From positions 7,015 to 71,014 of the forward strand of contig JAHJCT010000024.1 in NCBI GenBank assembly GCA_018812715.1: 64,000 nucleotides of DNA, given 5' to 3'. The stretch comes from Candidatus Micrarchaeota archaeon (GTDB lineage: Archaea; Micrarchaeota; Micrarchaeia; Anstonellales; Bilamarchaeaceae). This document shows, in pieces, positions 1-8,170 of this stretch (position 1 is its first letter; every line of letters begins with the position of its first letter). Position numbers and translations under genes: made by a program. Under the pieces are notes generated by a model, which did not search any database, was not told the origin of the DNA, and worked only from the letters and a program-made list of their open reading frames with translations.

Positions 1-1610
1 ATAATAACTCTTAATCCAGTTACATTTTTCAATTCAAGAATTGCATCTTTTATTTGTTTTTGATTAAATGAGTTTACTACTCTGACTTCAGCGCCCATTG
101 CTTTTGCCACTTCTTCAATTTTAATTGACTGTACTGCTTCACCTACACCGGTTATACCTGTTCCTGGATTTGGCTGATGGCCCGTCATTGCAGTAAATGA
201 ATTGTCCATTACAATGATTAAAGGAGTTTTATGATCATTAAATTTCAAATTGGCAAGAGCAGACATACCAGAATGGAAAAAAGTTGAATCTCCTATAAAT
301 GCAATTATTTCTTGATCACTAACCATACTAATTCCATGAGATATGCCGAGACTTGCTCCCATACTGACAATAAAATCTTGCATATTGAATGGTTCAAAAA
401 TTCCCAAAACATAGCAGCCAATATCACCGGCAAAAACAGCATTTTCACCAAAAACATCCTTCACTGCATAAAAAGTAGATCTGTGTGGGCAACCTGGACA
501 AAGTACTGGTTTTCGTGGTGGTAAACCTTTTATTGAGACAGTTGTTTGCTTTTTATGTGCTGCAAAGTTTATGCCGCATTTTTTCTTAAAGACTTTTTCA
601 AATGCAGGCATCATTACTTCCAGATTATATTCACCATAATTTGGAAGAAGAGCTTTGCCATGCACAGCAAGTTTTGGATTAACATCTTTTGCCAACATTT
701 TAACTTCATTTTCAACAATTGGCTCAAGTTCTTCTAAGACAAGAACTGCTTTTTTATTTTTAATAAATTGCTTGATGAAATTTCTTGGTGTTGGGTAAGT
801 CAAAGTAAGTTTAGCCATAGGAGGATTGATTCCTAGCATGTGAAACAATTCTTTTGCATACTCAAAACTCACACCAGAAGCAATGACCCCAATGTTTCCT
901 TTTCCTTTGAATACTTTATTGAGTTTAGCATACTTCTTTTCTATTTTGTTCAATTTTCCATCTATTTGCTTATGGAGTTCTTGAAGGTTTGGTCGGATAT
1001 TGTAGTATCTGGATTTATCTTTCACAAATTTGCCTTTTAGTTTTGGTTTTTTTATTTTCCCTAATTTTACAGTGCCAATGGCGTGGCTTACCTTTGTTGT
1101 TGTCCTCAGGAAAAAAGGCAATTCAAATTCTTCTGAAATGTCAAAGGCTAGTTTCGTTAGATCAAGACATTCCTGCGGATTGCTCGGTTCTAGTACTGGC
1201 AGTCTCATCATTCTTGCATAGTACCGGGTATCCTGTTCAGATTGCGCTGAACTCCAGCCATATGGATCATCAGCCACCATCAAAACAAATCCGCCTTTTA
1301 CTCCTGAATAAGCAACAGGTGAAACTGAATCGCTTGCAACATTGAGGCCAAAATGTTTCATTGCAGTTAGTGATCTGACGCCAGACCAGGCTGCTCCTGC
1401 AGCTGTTTCAAATGCAACTTTTTCATTTGACGAATATTCAAATAAGAATCCGCATTCTTTTGCTATCCCAGCAAGGGTGGTTGGAACTTCTGAACTTGGT
1501 GTTCCAGGATAAGCTGCAACAACCCCAACACCTGCTTCAAGTGCTCCTCGTGCAATTGCTTCGTTCCCCAAAAGCACAACATTTTTTCCAGCTTTTTCTA
1601 GAACATTCAT
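1..1610 (-). CDS. iorA: Indolepyruvate:ferredoxin oxidoreductase alpha subunit (3' end outside window; not in ORF track)
   Basis: Manual translation from ATG at 1610 gives MNVLEKAGKNVVLLGNEAIARGALEAGVGVAAYPGTPSSEV...SSNEKVAFE...AMKHFGLNVASD. Later it contains CPGCPH and the TPP-binding IGDSTFFHSG...DNSFTAMTGHQ. Confidence 0.92.
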   Translation of the reverse strand, partial: MNVLEKAGKNVVLLGNEAIARGALEAGVGVVAAYPGTPSSEVPTTLAGIAKECGFLFEYSSNEKVAFETAAGAAWSGVRSLTAMKHFGLNVASDSVSPVAYSGVKGGFVLMVADDPYGWSSAQSEQDTRYYARMMRLPVLEPSNPQECLDLTKLAFDISEEFELPFFLRTTTKVSHAIGTVKLGKIKKPKLKGKFVKDKSRYYNIRPNLQELHKQIDGKLNKIEKKYAKLNKVFKGKGNIGVIASGVSFEYAKELFHMLGINPPMAKLTLTYPTPRNFIKQFIKNKKAVLVLEELEPIVENEVKMLAKDVNPKLAVHGKALLPNYGEYNLEVMMPAFEKVFKKKCGINFAAHKKQTTVSIKGLPPRKPVLCPGCPHRSTFYAVKDVFGENAVFAGDIGCYVLGIFEPFNMQDFIVSMGASLGISHGISMVSDQEIIAFIGDSTFFHSGMSALANLKFNDHKTPLIIVMDNSFTAMTGHQPNPGTGITGVGEAVQSIKIEEVAKAMGAEVRVVNSFNQKQIKDAILELKNVTGLRVI

Positions 1611-1852
1611 GCTGATAACTCAGTTTTACTATTTAAAAAATATATCTAGACATGATCGCCACATATAGTAAAAGCTAAAGAAAACAAAAATAGAATCATG
1701 ATTGGTAAGCGCTTCATTCTGCTTGCATAATTCGTGCAAACCAACTACATGCCGGTTTTAATCGGAATCTTTCTTGTGAAGGCACGCAGGTTCAAGGTCA
1801 GCTTATCGAATATTATTATATATTTTAAGGTGTTCGATTCTGATTATCATGT

Positions 1853-2392
1853 ATGTTCAAACTAAAAAGAATTCATACACCAAGGTCAGGACCTAAGATT
1901 GCGAATACTACTAGGTTTGAGCTGCCAGAACCAAAATATGAGATATCATCATCCAAAAATCTGGCACTGGATGCTTCAACCATGCTTCAGCCATACAACA
2001 TGCAAGAGCCAAATCAAAAATCAGAAGCAACAGAAATCTCCAGGTTAAAGATTATTGAGGCTCGGAAAAAACCTGCATGTAAAGGAAAACTCAATGATTT
2101 CCTGGACAAGTATCTGGGTCTAATTATTGGAGTGCCGGTAGTCGCCGCTGGTATTGTTGGTGCGTATCTATCACTAAAATTCAATATTGCCAGTAGCCAC
2201 TTATTCGGTCCAATCCATTCGGAAACAAGGGATGCTATTGGCAATGTTCTCCTCGGGTTTGGGACCGGTGCTCTTGCGATGAATAGTGCAATGCTTACTA
2301 TTCTTTTCGTATCAAGCGGCGTCTCAAAATTGCTCCATAAAAAAGAAACTGGTGTGGAAGGGAAAGAGGGACAATGTAGCGCTTCCGAGTAG
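1853..2392 (+). CDS. Hypothetical membrane protein (2 C-terminal TM helices, basic/disordered N-terminus)
   Basis: 179-aa ORF with upstream TATA-like TTTTAAG and two hydrophobic segments. Confidence 0.6.
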   Translation: MFKLKRIHTPRSGPKIANTTRFELPEPKYEISSSKNLALDASTMLQPYNMQEPNQKSEATEISRLKIIEARKKPACKGKLNDFLDKYLGLIIGVPVVAAGIVGAYLSLKFNIASSHLFGPIHSETRDAIGNVLLGFGTGALAMNSAMLTILFVSSGVSKLLHKKETGVEGKEGQCSASE

Positions 2393-2505
2393 AATCAATC
2401 ACTTGATCGCAAAAAGGTCGAAAAATTCCACCATTTGAACCGCTCTTGATTTTCAATAATAAGAAATTCATCTCGAAAGATCTTATGGAGTTGTGTAAGA
2501 AAAAA

Positions 2506-2529
2506 GCCTGGTAAGGGACCTGAACCTCT
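2506..2529 (-). repeat. Degenerate copy of the tRNA-Cys 3' end (old att site)
   Basis: gcctggtaagggacctgaacctct matches the spliced tRNA-Cys T-arm/acceptor (gccgggtaagggagttgaacccct) at 20/24. Confidence 0.75.
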
Positions 2530-2595
2530 AGTGCATATCCCTGCTTATTTGGGCAATATGTAGTATTTTTGTATAGCATGTTGACTTTTTTATTT

Positions 2596-3819
2596 CTAGG
2601 CTCTGAGTCTCTTGAATAGATTATCTTTGATTATTTTGACCAAAAATGCGTTTAATTTTGAATCATTTCTCTGTCTGGCCAATTTGGTGAAAGAGAGGTA
2701 TTCCTCTCTCGTATTCGAATAAATATTCATTAATGGAAAACCTTGTTTTAATAGGACATAGTTCCAGATAAGCCTTGTTGTTCTGCTGTTCCCGTCCTCA
2801 AAAGGATGGATATGCTGGAATTCATTATGAACAAAAGTAGCAAATTCGATTATTTCTTTCATTGTATGCTTCTTTGAAATGAAATCGTTTATCTTTTTGC
2901 ATAGTTCATCCAGTTTAGGGAAAATCTCGGAAAAATGTGATACCTTGTAAAACGGATTTCCTTTGATGGAGACACGTGTGGACCTGATGCCTTCTCTAAC
3001 CCCAAGGTTATAGACTATGATCCTGTGGAGGTCCAGGATCAAATCTATAGAAATATCCTGTTCCAGGTGAGAGATGAGATAATTGACTGCATTATAGTAA
3101 TTTTTCACTTCATTGGCTTCTTTCAGTTTTTTGTCCTTTGGAATGATATCGTGGAGGATGAGCTCTCTTGATTCATCCAGAGTAAAGGTGTTGCCCTCCA
3201 ATTGCGTTGATGCAGATGCAAACTCTATCTTCAATTCCTCCTCAACATCTGCGAGGTCGATATCCTTCTTGCGGATTTTTAATTTTTTTAATAATGATTC
3301 TATTTCAAGATAGTCTGATTTTGAAATCGCTACTGTTTGTTTGGATACCTCCGGTTTTTTTAGTCCGGAAAAATCAAGAACATCATCAAAAACCGGATCT
3401 CTCACGAATTTGACTATGAGCGGCTTTTTGGAGATCACGAACAAGAGATTTACTCTATTGAGATAAGTGAGATATTTCCGGACTGTTTTGTAGTTTAGAT
3501 CCTTGAAATCTGAAAGTCTGACTTCCTCTTTGGACAAACCAACAGAGACAATTTTCGCTAATTCCTCGGAGAGAAGTACATTCGGGTTGATACCCTTGTT
3601 TTTGCAGAACTTCATGATTTGAAAGGCTAACCAGGTCCTGGAATTCTCTTTATTTGGCTTATAAGTATTGTCTTCCTGGACTACCAACTCGAGTGCCATT
3701 AACTCCTTCAGCCTTTGTCTGACTGATGATGGCGATGAACCGATAGTTTTTGAGAGTTTGGTAAGCCTGGCCTCTTTGATTTGGAACAGGCCAAAGAGAA
3801 CATCCCACTTTGTTTTCAT
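2596..3819 (-). CDS. Fic-domain protein with N-terminal HTH region
   Basis: Fic motif HPFEDGNSRTTR; inhibitory (S/T)xxxE(G/N) motif STQLEG; N-terminal wHTH-like LSKTIGSSPSSVRQRLKEL. Confidence 0.9.
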   Translation of the reverse strand: MKTKWDVLFGLFQIKEARLTKLSKTIGSSPSSVRQRLKELMALELVVQEDNTYKPNKENSRTWLAFQIMKFCKNKGINPNVLLSEELAKIVSVGLSKEEVRLSDFKDLNYKTVRKYLTYLNRVNLLFVISKKPLIVKFVRDPVFDDVLDFSGLKKPEVSKQTVAISKSDYLEIESLLKKLKIRKKDIDLADVEEELKIEFASASTQLEGNTFTLDESRELILHDIIPKDKKLKEANEVKNYYNAVNYLISHLEQDISIDLILDLHRIIVYNLGVREGIRSTRVSIKGNPFYKVSHFSEIFPKLDELCKKINDFISKKHTMKEIIEFATFVHNEFQHIHPFEDGNSRTTRLIWNYVLLKQGFPLMNIYSNTREEYLSFTKLARQRNDSKLNAFLVKIIKDNLFKRLRA

Positions 3820-3917
3820 GTATAATTAATGGATAAAAAGGTTTATAAAAACTACTATTTTCCATCAAAAGTAAACTTTTATTAACAATCAGTACGTTAT
3901 TGCACTAAAAATAAATA

Positions 3918-3932
3918 AAAGCCGGGTAAGGG
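3918..3932 (-). repeat. att site (direct repeat of the tRNA-Cys 3' end)
   Basis: aaagccgggtaaggg is identical to 17181-17195. Confidence 0.85.
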
Positions 3933-3986
3933 CGTCATTCACTTAGCACAAATCCCCGCATTTTCATACAACATCATGCATGTATA

Positions 3987-4000
3987 TGCAATATGTTGCA
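3987..4000. promoter_or_regulatory. 14-bp palindrome copy 1 (TGCAATATGTTGCA)
   Basis: One mismatch from the perfect palindrome TGCAACATGTTGCA; 3987-4003 is the exact reverse complement of 17059-17075. Confidence 0.65.
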
Positions 4001-4064
4001 TAACTAGTATTTAACTATTTCGTGCCGACAAAAGGGGTATTTACACAAATCAAACAGGGATCAT

Positions 4065-5081
4065 ATGGCTAGAAACTCATTTACCTTTCAGGATTTTCGA
4101 CAAGCTAGATGCTTTGTTAGATTGATATTCAAAGAGTACGGCAAAGCTGGGGGAGAGGTTGGTCATATTGTTTTTGGAGAAGATATGTTAGGAGTAAAAA
4201 CGGAAAACAATGTCCTTTTCATTGAAGGAAACAATTCAGAAGTTGACAAATGGAAAGAAAGATACGAAAATTTCAAACCGACAGAAAGAGAATTCGAGTA
4301 CTATTATCCTTGCTGGTCCATATATGGCCCTTTAAGAGATTCGAAAATTATTGTTGGGGGATATAGTATACTTCCATGTGAAAATCAAGAAGACTATCCA
4401 AGAACTGGAAAATTAATCGTTGCCCTGACTTTCAAAGTGAAAGCATATGATGAGTCTGAGGCGCTTGAGATCGGATACTTTGAGGTTAGAAAAATACTCC
4501 CCATCATCTCCACTTTGCTTGGAGTTTGGATGGGACCAATTGAACGGGCTGTTAGTGGTATGCGGCTTACTAGTATAGGTTCTCTAAATCCAGAAGGCAT
4601 TCATTATAAAATATTGAAAAACACAACAGAATTTTCTGGAGATTCGAAAGGGTGGAGAAAAATTGATGTGGCAAAGGCAAGAAACCTATTTAGTAGGTAT
4701 AGTGAACTTCCAAAACCAAAAAAGGAGAGGTTTGAATCCGCATGTAGAGCGTATAACCTTGCACAACAGTTTTCCGGGATATACCCGGGGTTAGGTGGAG
4801 GTTGCCTTAGGAGTTGTTTAGATACTCTGACATATGGAAAGGCAAGAAATGTCCTAAAAGTAAAGTACAAAGAGGGTAAACTATATTCAGATATTTCGAA
4901 TGTGTTCCATAATGACATTATCCCAGAACATTCCATAAAACACTTTATGGGCCAGACCGAGTTTGAATTGTTCCCTGAAAAGCACATTGAAGATGCAAAT
5001 AGGTTTAAAAAAAGAAAATGGAGGCTGTACGATATTGTTCATCAGGAAATTGAGGAATTTCTAATAGGACATACAGGTTGA
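4065..5081 (+). CDS. Hypothetical protein, ApeA/HEPN-like architecture (degenerate)
   Basis: C-terminal RFESACRAY...LRSCLDTL...LYSDISNVFH resembles the HEPN E...LYxxRxxxxH pattern but lacks the Arg. Confidence 0.5.
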   Translation: MARNSFTFQDFRQARCFVRLIFKEYGKAGGEVGHIVFGEDMLGVKTENNVLFIEGNNSEVDKWKERYENFKPTEREFEYYYPCWSIYGPLRDSKIIVGGYSILPCENQEDYPRTGKLIVALTFKVKAYDESEALEIGYFEVRKILPIISTLLGVWMGPIERAVSGMRLTSIGSLNPEGIHYKILKNTTEFSGDSKGWRKIDVAKARNLFSRYSELPKPKKERFESACRAYNLAQQFSGIYPGLGGGCLRSCLDTLTYGKARNVLKVKYKEGKLYSDISNVFHNDIIPEHSIKHFMGQTEFELFPEKHIEDANRFKKRKWRLYDIVHQEIEEFLIGHTG

Positions 5082-5097
5082 AAACATTACAAAAATA

Positions 5098-5814
5098 TCA
5101 GGAGACGATTATACCTCCTTTTTCCCTTATCGCTTGATAAATTTTTATAAGGTCTCCAGCCGTAACAGATTTACAGTTAGTTGCTATCCTTCCATCTTTT
5201 GAGATGCTAATTGAGATATGTTCTCCATCATCTGTTTTCATTTCAATTGCAAGTGCAGTGGTATTTTTTGGATCGTAGGTAGGCGCTTGATGGACATTCA
5301 CACCAAATTCAGCTCGAACTTTAACTTCCCCTTCATTTACATCAGCCCACGATCCCCAGACATTGATGCAATCAATAGCTTGATAAATTTTTTCTAAATC
5401 GAAAGAGATTCTATTCATCTTGACTAGTTTTGTTTCTTCTAGCCTCTTGTTGAATTGTTTAGATATTTCTTTTGTTGCAGCGCAAATCAAAACTTGATCT
5501 TTATCATTTTTTATCGCCCAAAAGCGATAGACCTTTTGGTAGCCCCCCTCATGATATTTTGCAAATTCTTCTCCTTCGGGGCAAAATCTGATAGTTTCCT
5601 TGATAGTATCACTATAGTGAATGATATCAAAGGAGGCACCATCCTGAGTTTTTTTTACAAGCTTAATTTTCGTTACTGGAGTCCCAAGTTTATCTCCCAA
5701 TCCATATTCAGATGCTAGATCTTGTTGAAGAGGAAGAACCACTTCCCCACGTTTTTCTATAATTGATTCTAAATCAAATTTTTCTATAGCGAAAATTGAA
5801 ATTGCAATTCCCAT
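5098..5814 (-). CDS. Hypothetical protein (island cargo)
   Basis: 238-aa ORF, 4 bp downstream of 5819..6490, GGTGAG RBS. Confidence 0.7.
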   Translation of the reverse strand: MGIAISIFAIEKFDLESIIEKRGEVVLPLQQDLASEYGLGDKLGTPVTKIKLVKKTQDGASFDIIHYSDTIKETIRFCPEGEEFAKYHEGGYQKVYRFWAIKNDKDQVLICAATKEISKQFNKRLEETKLVKMNRISFDLEKIYQAIDCINVWGSWADVNEGEVKVRAEFGVNVHQAPTYDPKNTTALAIEMKTDDGEHISISISKDGRIATNCKSVTAGDLIKIYQAIREKGGIIVS

Positions 5815-5818
5815 AAGC

Positions 5819-6490
5819 TCACCAAATTTTTAATAACACCCCTAGCTGCTCTCTCATTTCGGAAAAATTAATTGCTGATAGGGCAGTTTCAGTTTTAGAA
5901 AATCGTATTGAAGATGCATTATCCTTAGATTGAACGATTTGGAGTCTGTCTAAGGTATATCCGGAAAATTTCGGATGATATAGTTCGCACCAATACTTCG
6001 GCAAAAAGAGATTGATGTTAATGGAAGTAAGAGACACATTTGCAATTGACATAAGTCTTTCAGACTTAGAAGCTAGTTTGTTGAAGTCCATTATAACTGA
6101 GGATATACCAGTATTAATTTCGGTTGTTTCAAAATGGACATGGTCATCCCCAAGATAATGGAAGAGATAATTTATGGACCCGTCTTGAATTTCAATCTTA
6201 TTTTTTGCTATAATATTTTTTCTAAACTTTGTTCCGAATTCTTTCGAGAAAAATGTGACCATCTTGTTCTGAAAAGAGGGAAAATCCATTGATAGATTAT
6301 AGTCAATGATTACTCGCATTCTTATAGGGGCGTTTGATAATTTTGCAACTGCTTTCCTAAATTTATTGACGATTTTTAAATTGTGTTCAACTATTATAGG
6401 GATAACTATGGAAGCTGTCCATATGAGAACATCAATTCCATTTTTCAGAAGCACATCTTCTGAAGGTAATTCCATAAAATATTGATACAC
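5819..6490 (-). CDS. Hypothetical protein with a single N-terminal TM helix (island cargo)
   Basis: 223-aa ORF with the hydrophobic segment VLIWTASIVIPIIV; AT-rich. Confidence 0.7.
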   Translation of the reverse strand: MYQYFMELPSEDVLLKNGIDVLIWTASIVIPIIVEHNLKIVNKFRKAVAKLSNAPIRMRVIIDYNLSMDFPSFQNKMVTFFSKEFGTKFRKNIIAKNKIEIQDGSINYLFHYLGDDHVHFETTEINTGISSVIMDFNKLASKSERLMSIANVSLTSININLFLPKYWCELYHPKFSGYTLDRLQIVQSKDNASSIRFSKTETALSAINFSEMREQLGVLLKIW

Positions 6491-6528
6491 AGAATATTTG
6501 TTATTTCTATCATTTATTGTAACTAGGA

Positions 6529-6542
6529 TACAACATGTTGCA
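6529..6542. promoter_or_regulatory. 14-bp palindrome copy 2 (TACAACATGTTGCA)
   Basis: One mismatch from TGCAACATGTTGCA; lies in the divergent intergenic region upstream of the pilins. Confidence 0.6.
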
Positions 6543-6601
6543 CAAATGAATAAATCGTGTTGAAACCATCAACTTATCATGTTAGGATTTGAGGTGATAA
6601 G

Positions 6602-6907
6602 TTGGTATTCAAACGTCTGATTCTGCTTCTCCTGGCGGGAAGCCTGGCCTTTGCTGAGTTCAGCATCCCTGCTGATCAGCCCATATGCAACCTATACGGG
6701 ATGCTCAAGACATTTGGGACTGTCGTAGGCGTCCTTGTAGCTGCCTATGCTGGCTTCATGATAGCGAGCGTTACGGACCTGAAGGAGCGCAATGATGCCA
6801 AGGCCCTTCTGGGAGGTGTGGCAGTCGGTCTGATAGTGATCTGGATAGCTCCTTTGGTTATAACAAACCTCGTAGGAGCAGATAGCGTCTGCGGGTGGAC
6901 TTCCTGA
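6602..6907 (+). CDS. TrbC/VirB2-like pilin with signal peptide
   Basis: Signal peptide (..SLAFA), two TM helices around the ERNDAK linker, GAGGTGA RBS. Confidence 0.75.
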   Translation: MVFKRLILLLLAGSLAFAEFSIPADQPICNLYGMLKTFGTVVGVLVAAYAGFMIASVTDLKERNDAKALLGGVAVGLIVIWIAPLVITNLVGADSVCGWTS

Positions 6908-7128
6908 TTGACCTTATTGGCATTTCTTCTGCCATAAAGTCGATAGCTATCTTTTTCTCAGTCATTATCCTAAGCTATGCAGGGATTGTCCTCATAACTA
7001 GCAAAGACCCGGTCTCAAGAAACGAATGGAAAGAAATTGCCAAGGGGGTCTTAATCGGCATTTCCGTCCTATTTCTTGGCCCAGTCATCTCTTCAGCACT
7101 TACAGGAGGTGGATATTGTGGTCCTTAG
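6895..7128 (+). CDS. Second TrbC/VirB2-like pilin
   Basis: YAGIVLITSKDPVSRNEWKEIAKGVLIG, paralogous to the upstream pilin. Confidence 0.7.
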   Translation: MDFLIDLIGISSAIKSIAIFFSVIILSYAGIVLITSKDPVSRNEWKEIAKGVLIGISVLFLGPVISSALTGGGYCGP

Positions 7129-7942
7129 GCAGTTGGTCCTCTTTTTTGCCCTTGTTTCCATATCCGCAGCCTATCAATACCATGACTATGTGAAGGAAGG
7201 CAACTATCACGGTCCGGCATTGGTAAACGATTCCCTTCTAGACGACTGCCGTTTCCTTGAAGTGCCAGAAGTCATATGCAATACTACTGAAAGCGGAAAC
7301 CTGACGAAAGAGCAGGGGCGGCAGTTGATTCTCGATACATTGAATCCATCGATATCCGGCCTAGAATATAGGTTTTTCGAGCAACTGGATACGAAAGTCA
7401 AGAGCTCCCTGATGTTCAGAGTCATTGAGTTTGAGCCATATTCCAAAGACGAGCTGAAATCCCTTCTTCAGGTGGTCGCAAAAAGGACCCTGCTGGAAGA
7501 TTCCTGCGATAGCGAGGTATTGGGCAAAGTTGCCGAGCTCGGGGCATCCAATGAAGGAAACGCTCGATTCGCCATTTGGCTGCTTTTTTCCGCTGCCAAA
7601 GATGCCGAGGAGAGGAATTCCGAAAAGATAGAACTAGATGATGTTGTTAAGGCATACGAAAGGCTTGTCCCAATAAGAGCGCAAAACCAGAATGAAACCG
7701 GACTTTGCGAGGAGGAGCTGCTAATCCTGGATCTTCTGAAAGAAGGGGAGAAAGAATCATCCGAGATTTACGAGATAGTTCAGAAGAGGATAAATCGGTC
7801 AAAACGCCAGATTCGTAATTATCTCAGTTCTTTGGCCCAGAAGGGCCATATTAAGGGCCAGGAATTCGAGGGTACAAATTCAATGCTTAAACCAAAAGTG
7901 TATCGAGTTTGCCAGAGGAGATTGAATGAGGTTTACGATTAA
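7118..7942 (+). pseudogene. Chimeric ORF: secreted-protein N-terminus fused to a Cdc6/Orc1 C-terminal half
   Basis: GTG start after GGAGGTG, then a signal peptide. From ~7375 it aligns with host Cdc6 (LDTKVKSSL/LDTRIRSSL, GNARFAI/GSARIAI, EELLILDLLK/EELLILELLK, KRQIRNYL identical). No Walker A/B. Confidence 0.8.
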
Positions 7943-8096
7943 GAGAAATGTACGGACTTTCATTCGAAATTATGGCATGAGGTTGGAGGCCGGACTTATC
8001 GGAGAGCTTGAGAGTATGATTGAAAAAAAGCTATCTCGGGCCATTGAAAGGGCAAAGAGAAATGGCCGGACGACCATAAAAAATCATGATATATAA
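7926..8096 (+). CDS. Minimal histone-fold protein (56 aa; not in ORF track)
   Basis: MRFTIKRNVRTFIRNYGMRLEAGLIGELESMIEKKLSRAIERAKRNGRTTIKNHDI; histone C-terminal RxTxxxxD motif; GAGGAG RBS. Confidence 0.8.
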   Translation: MRFTIKRNVRTFIRNYGMRLEAGLIGELESMIEKKLSRAIERAKRNGRTTIKNHDI

Positions 8097-8170
8097 AAAT
8101 CTCATTATAATAAACCACTTAAATTTATTCTGGTTTTATTTAAAGGACGCTGATCTCAATCGTGATGGTA

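Larger units (their letters stand above)
2506..3932. mobile_element. Relic 1.4-kb integrated element between two att-like copies, carrying only a Fic gene
   Basis: Bounded by att copies at 2506 and 3921; 2506-2585 aligns without gaps to 3921-4000. Confidence 0.6.

Noticed and set aside
312-1615. Six short plus-strand ORFs
   Set aside because: Antisense shadows of iorA, which the track omitted because it runs off the window
1740-1806. TPP-riboswitch-like words on the minus strand upstream of iorA (GCTGA, TTGAACCTG, CCGATTAAAACCGGC)
   Set aside because: Lacks UGAGA and P2/P3, has a ~17-nt interruption, and lies upstream of the likely iorA TATA box
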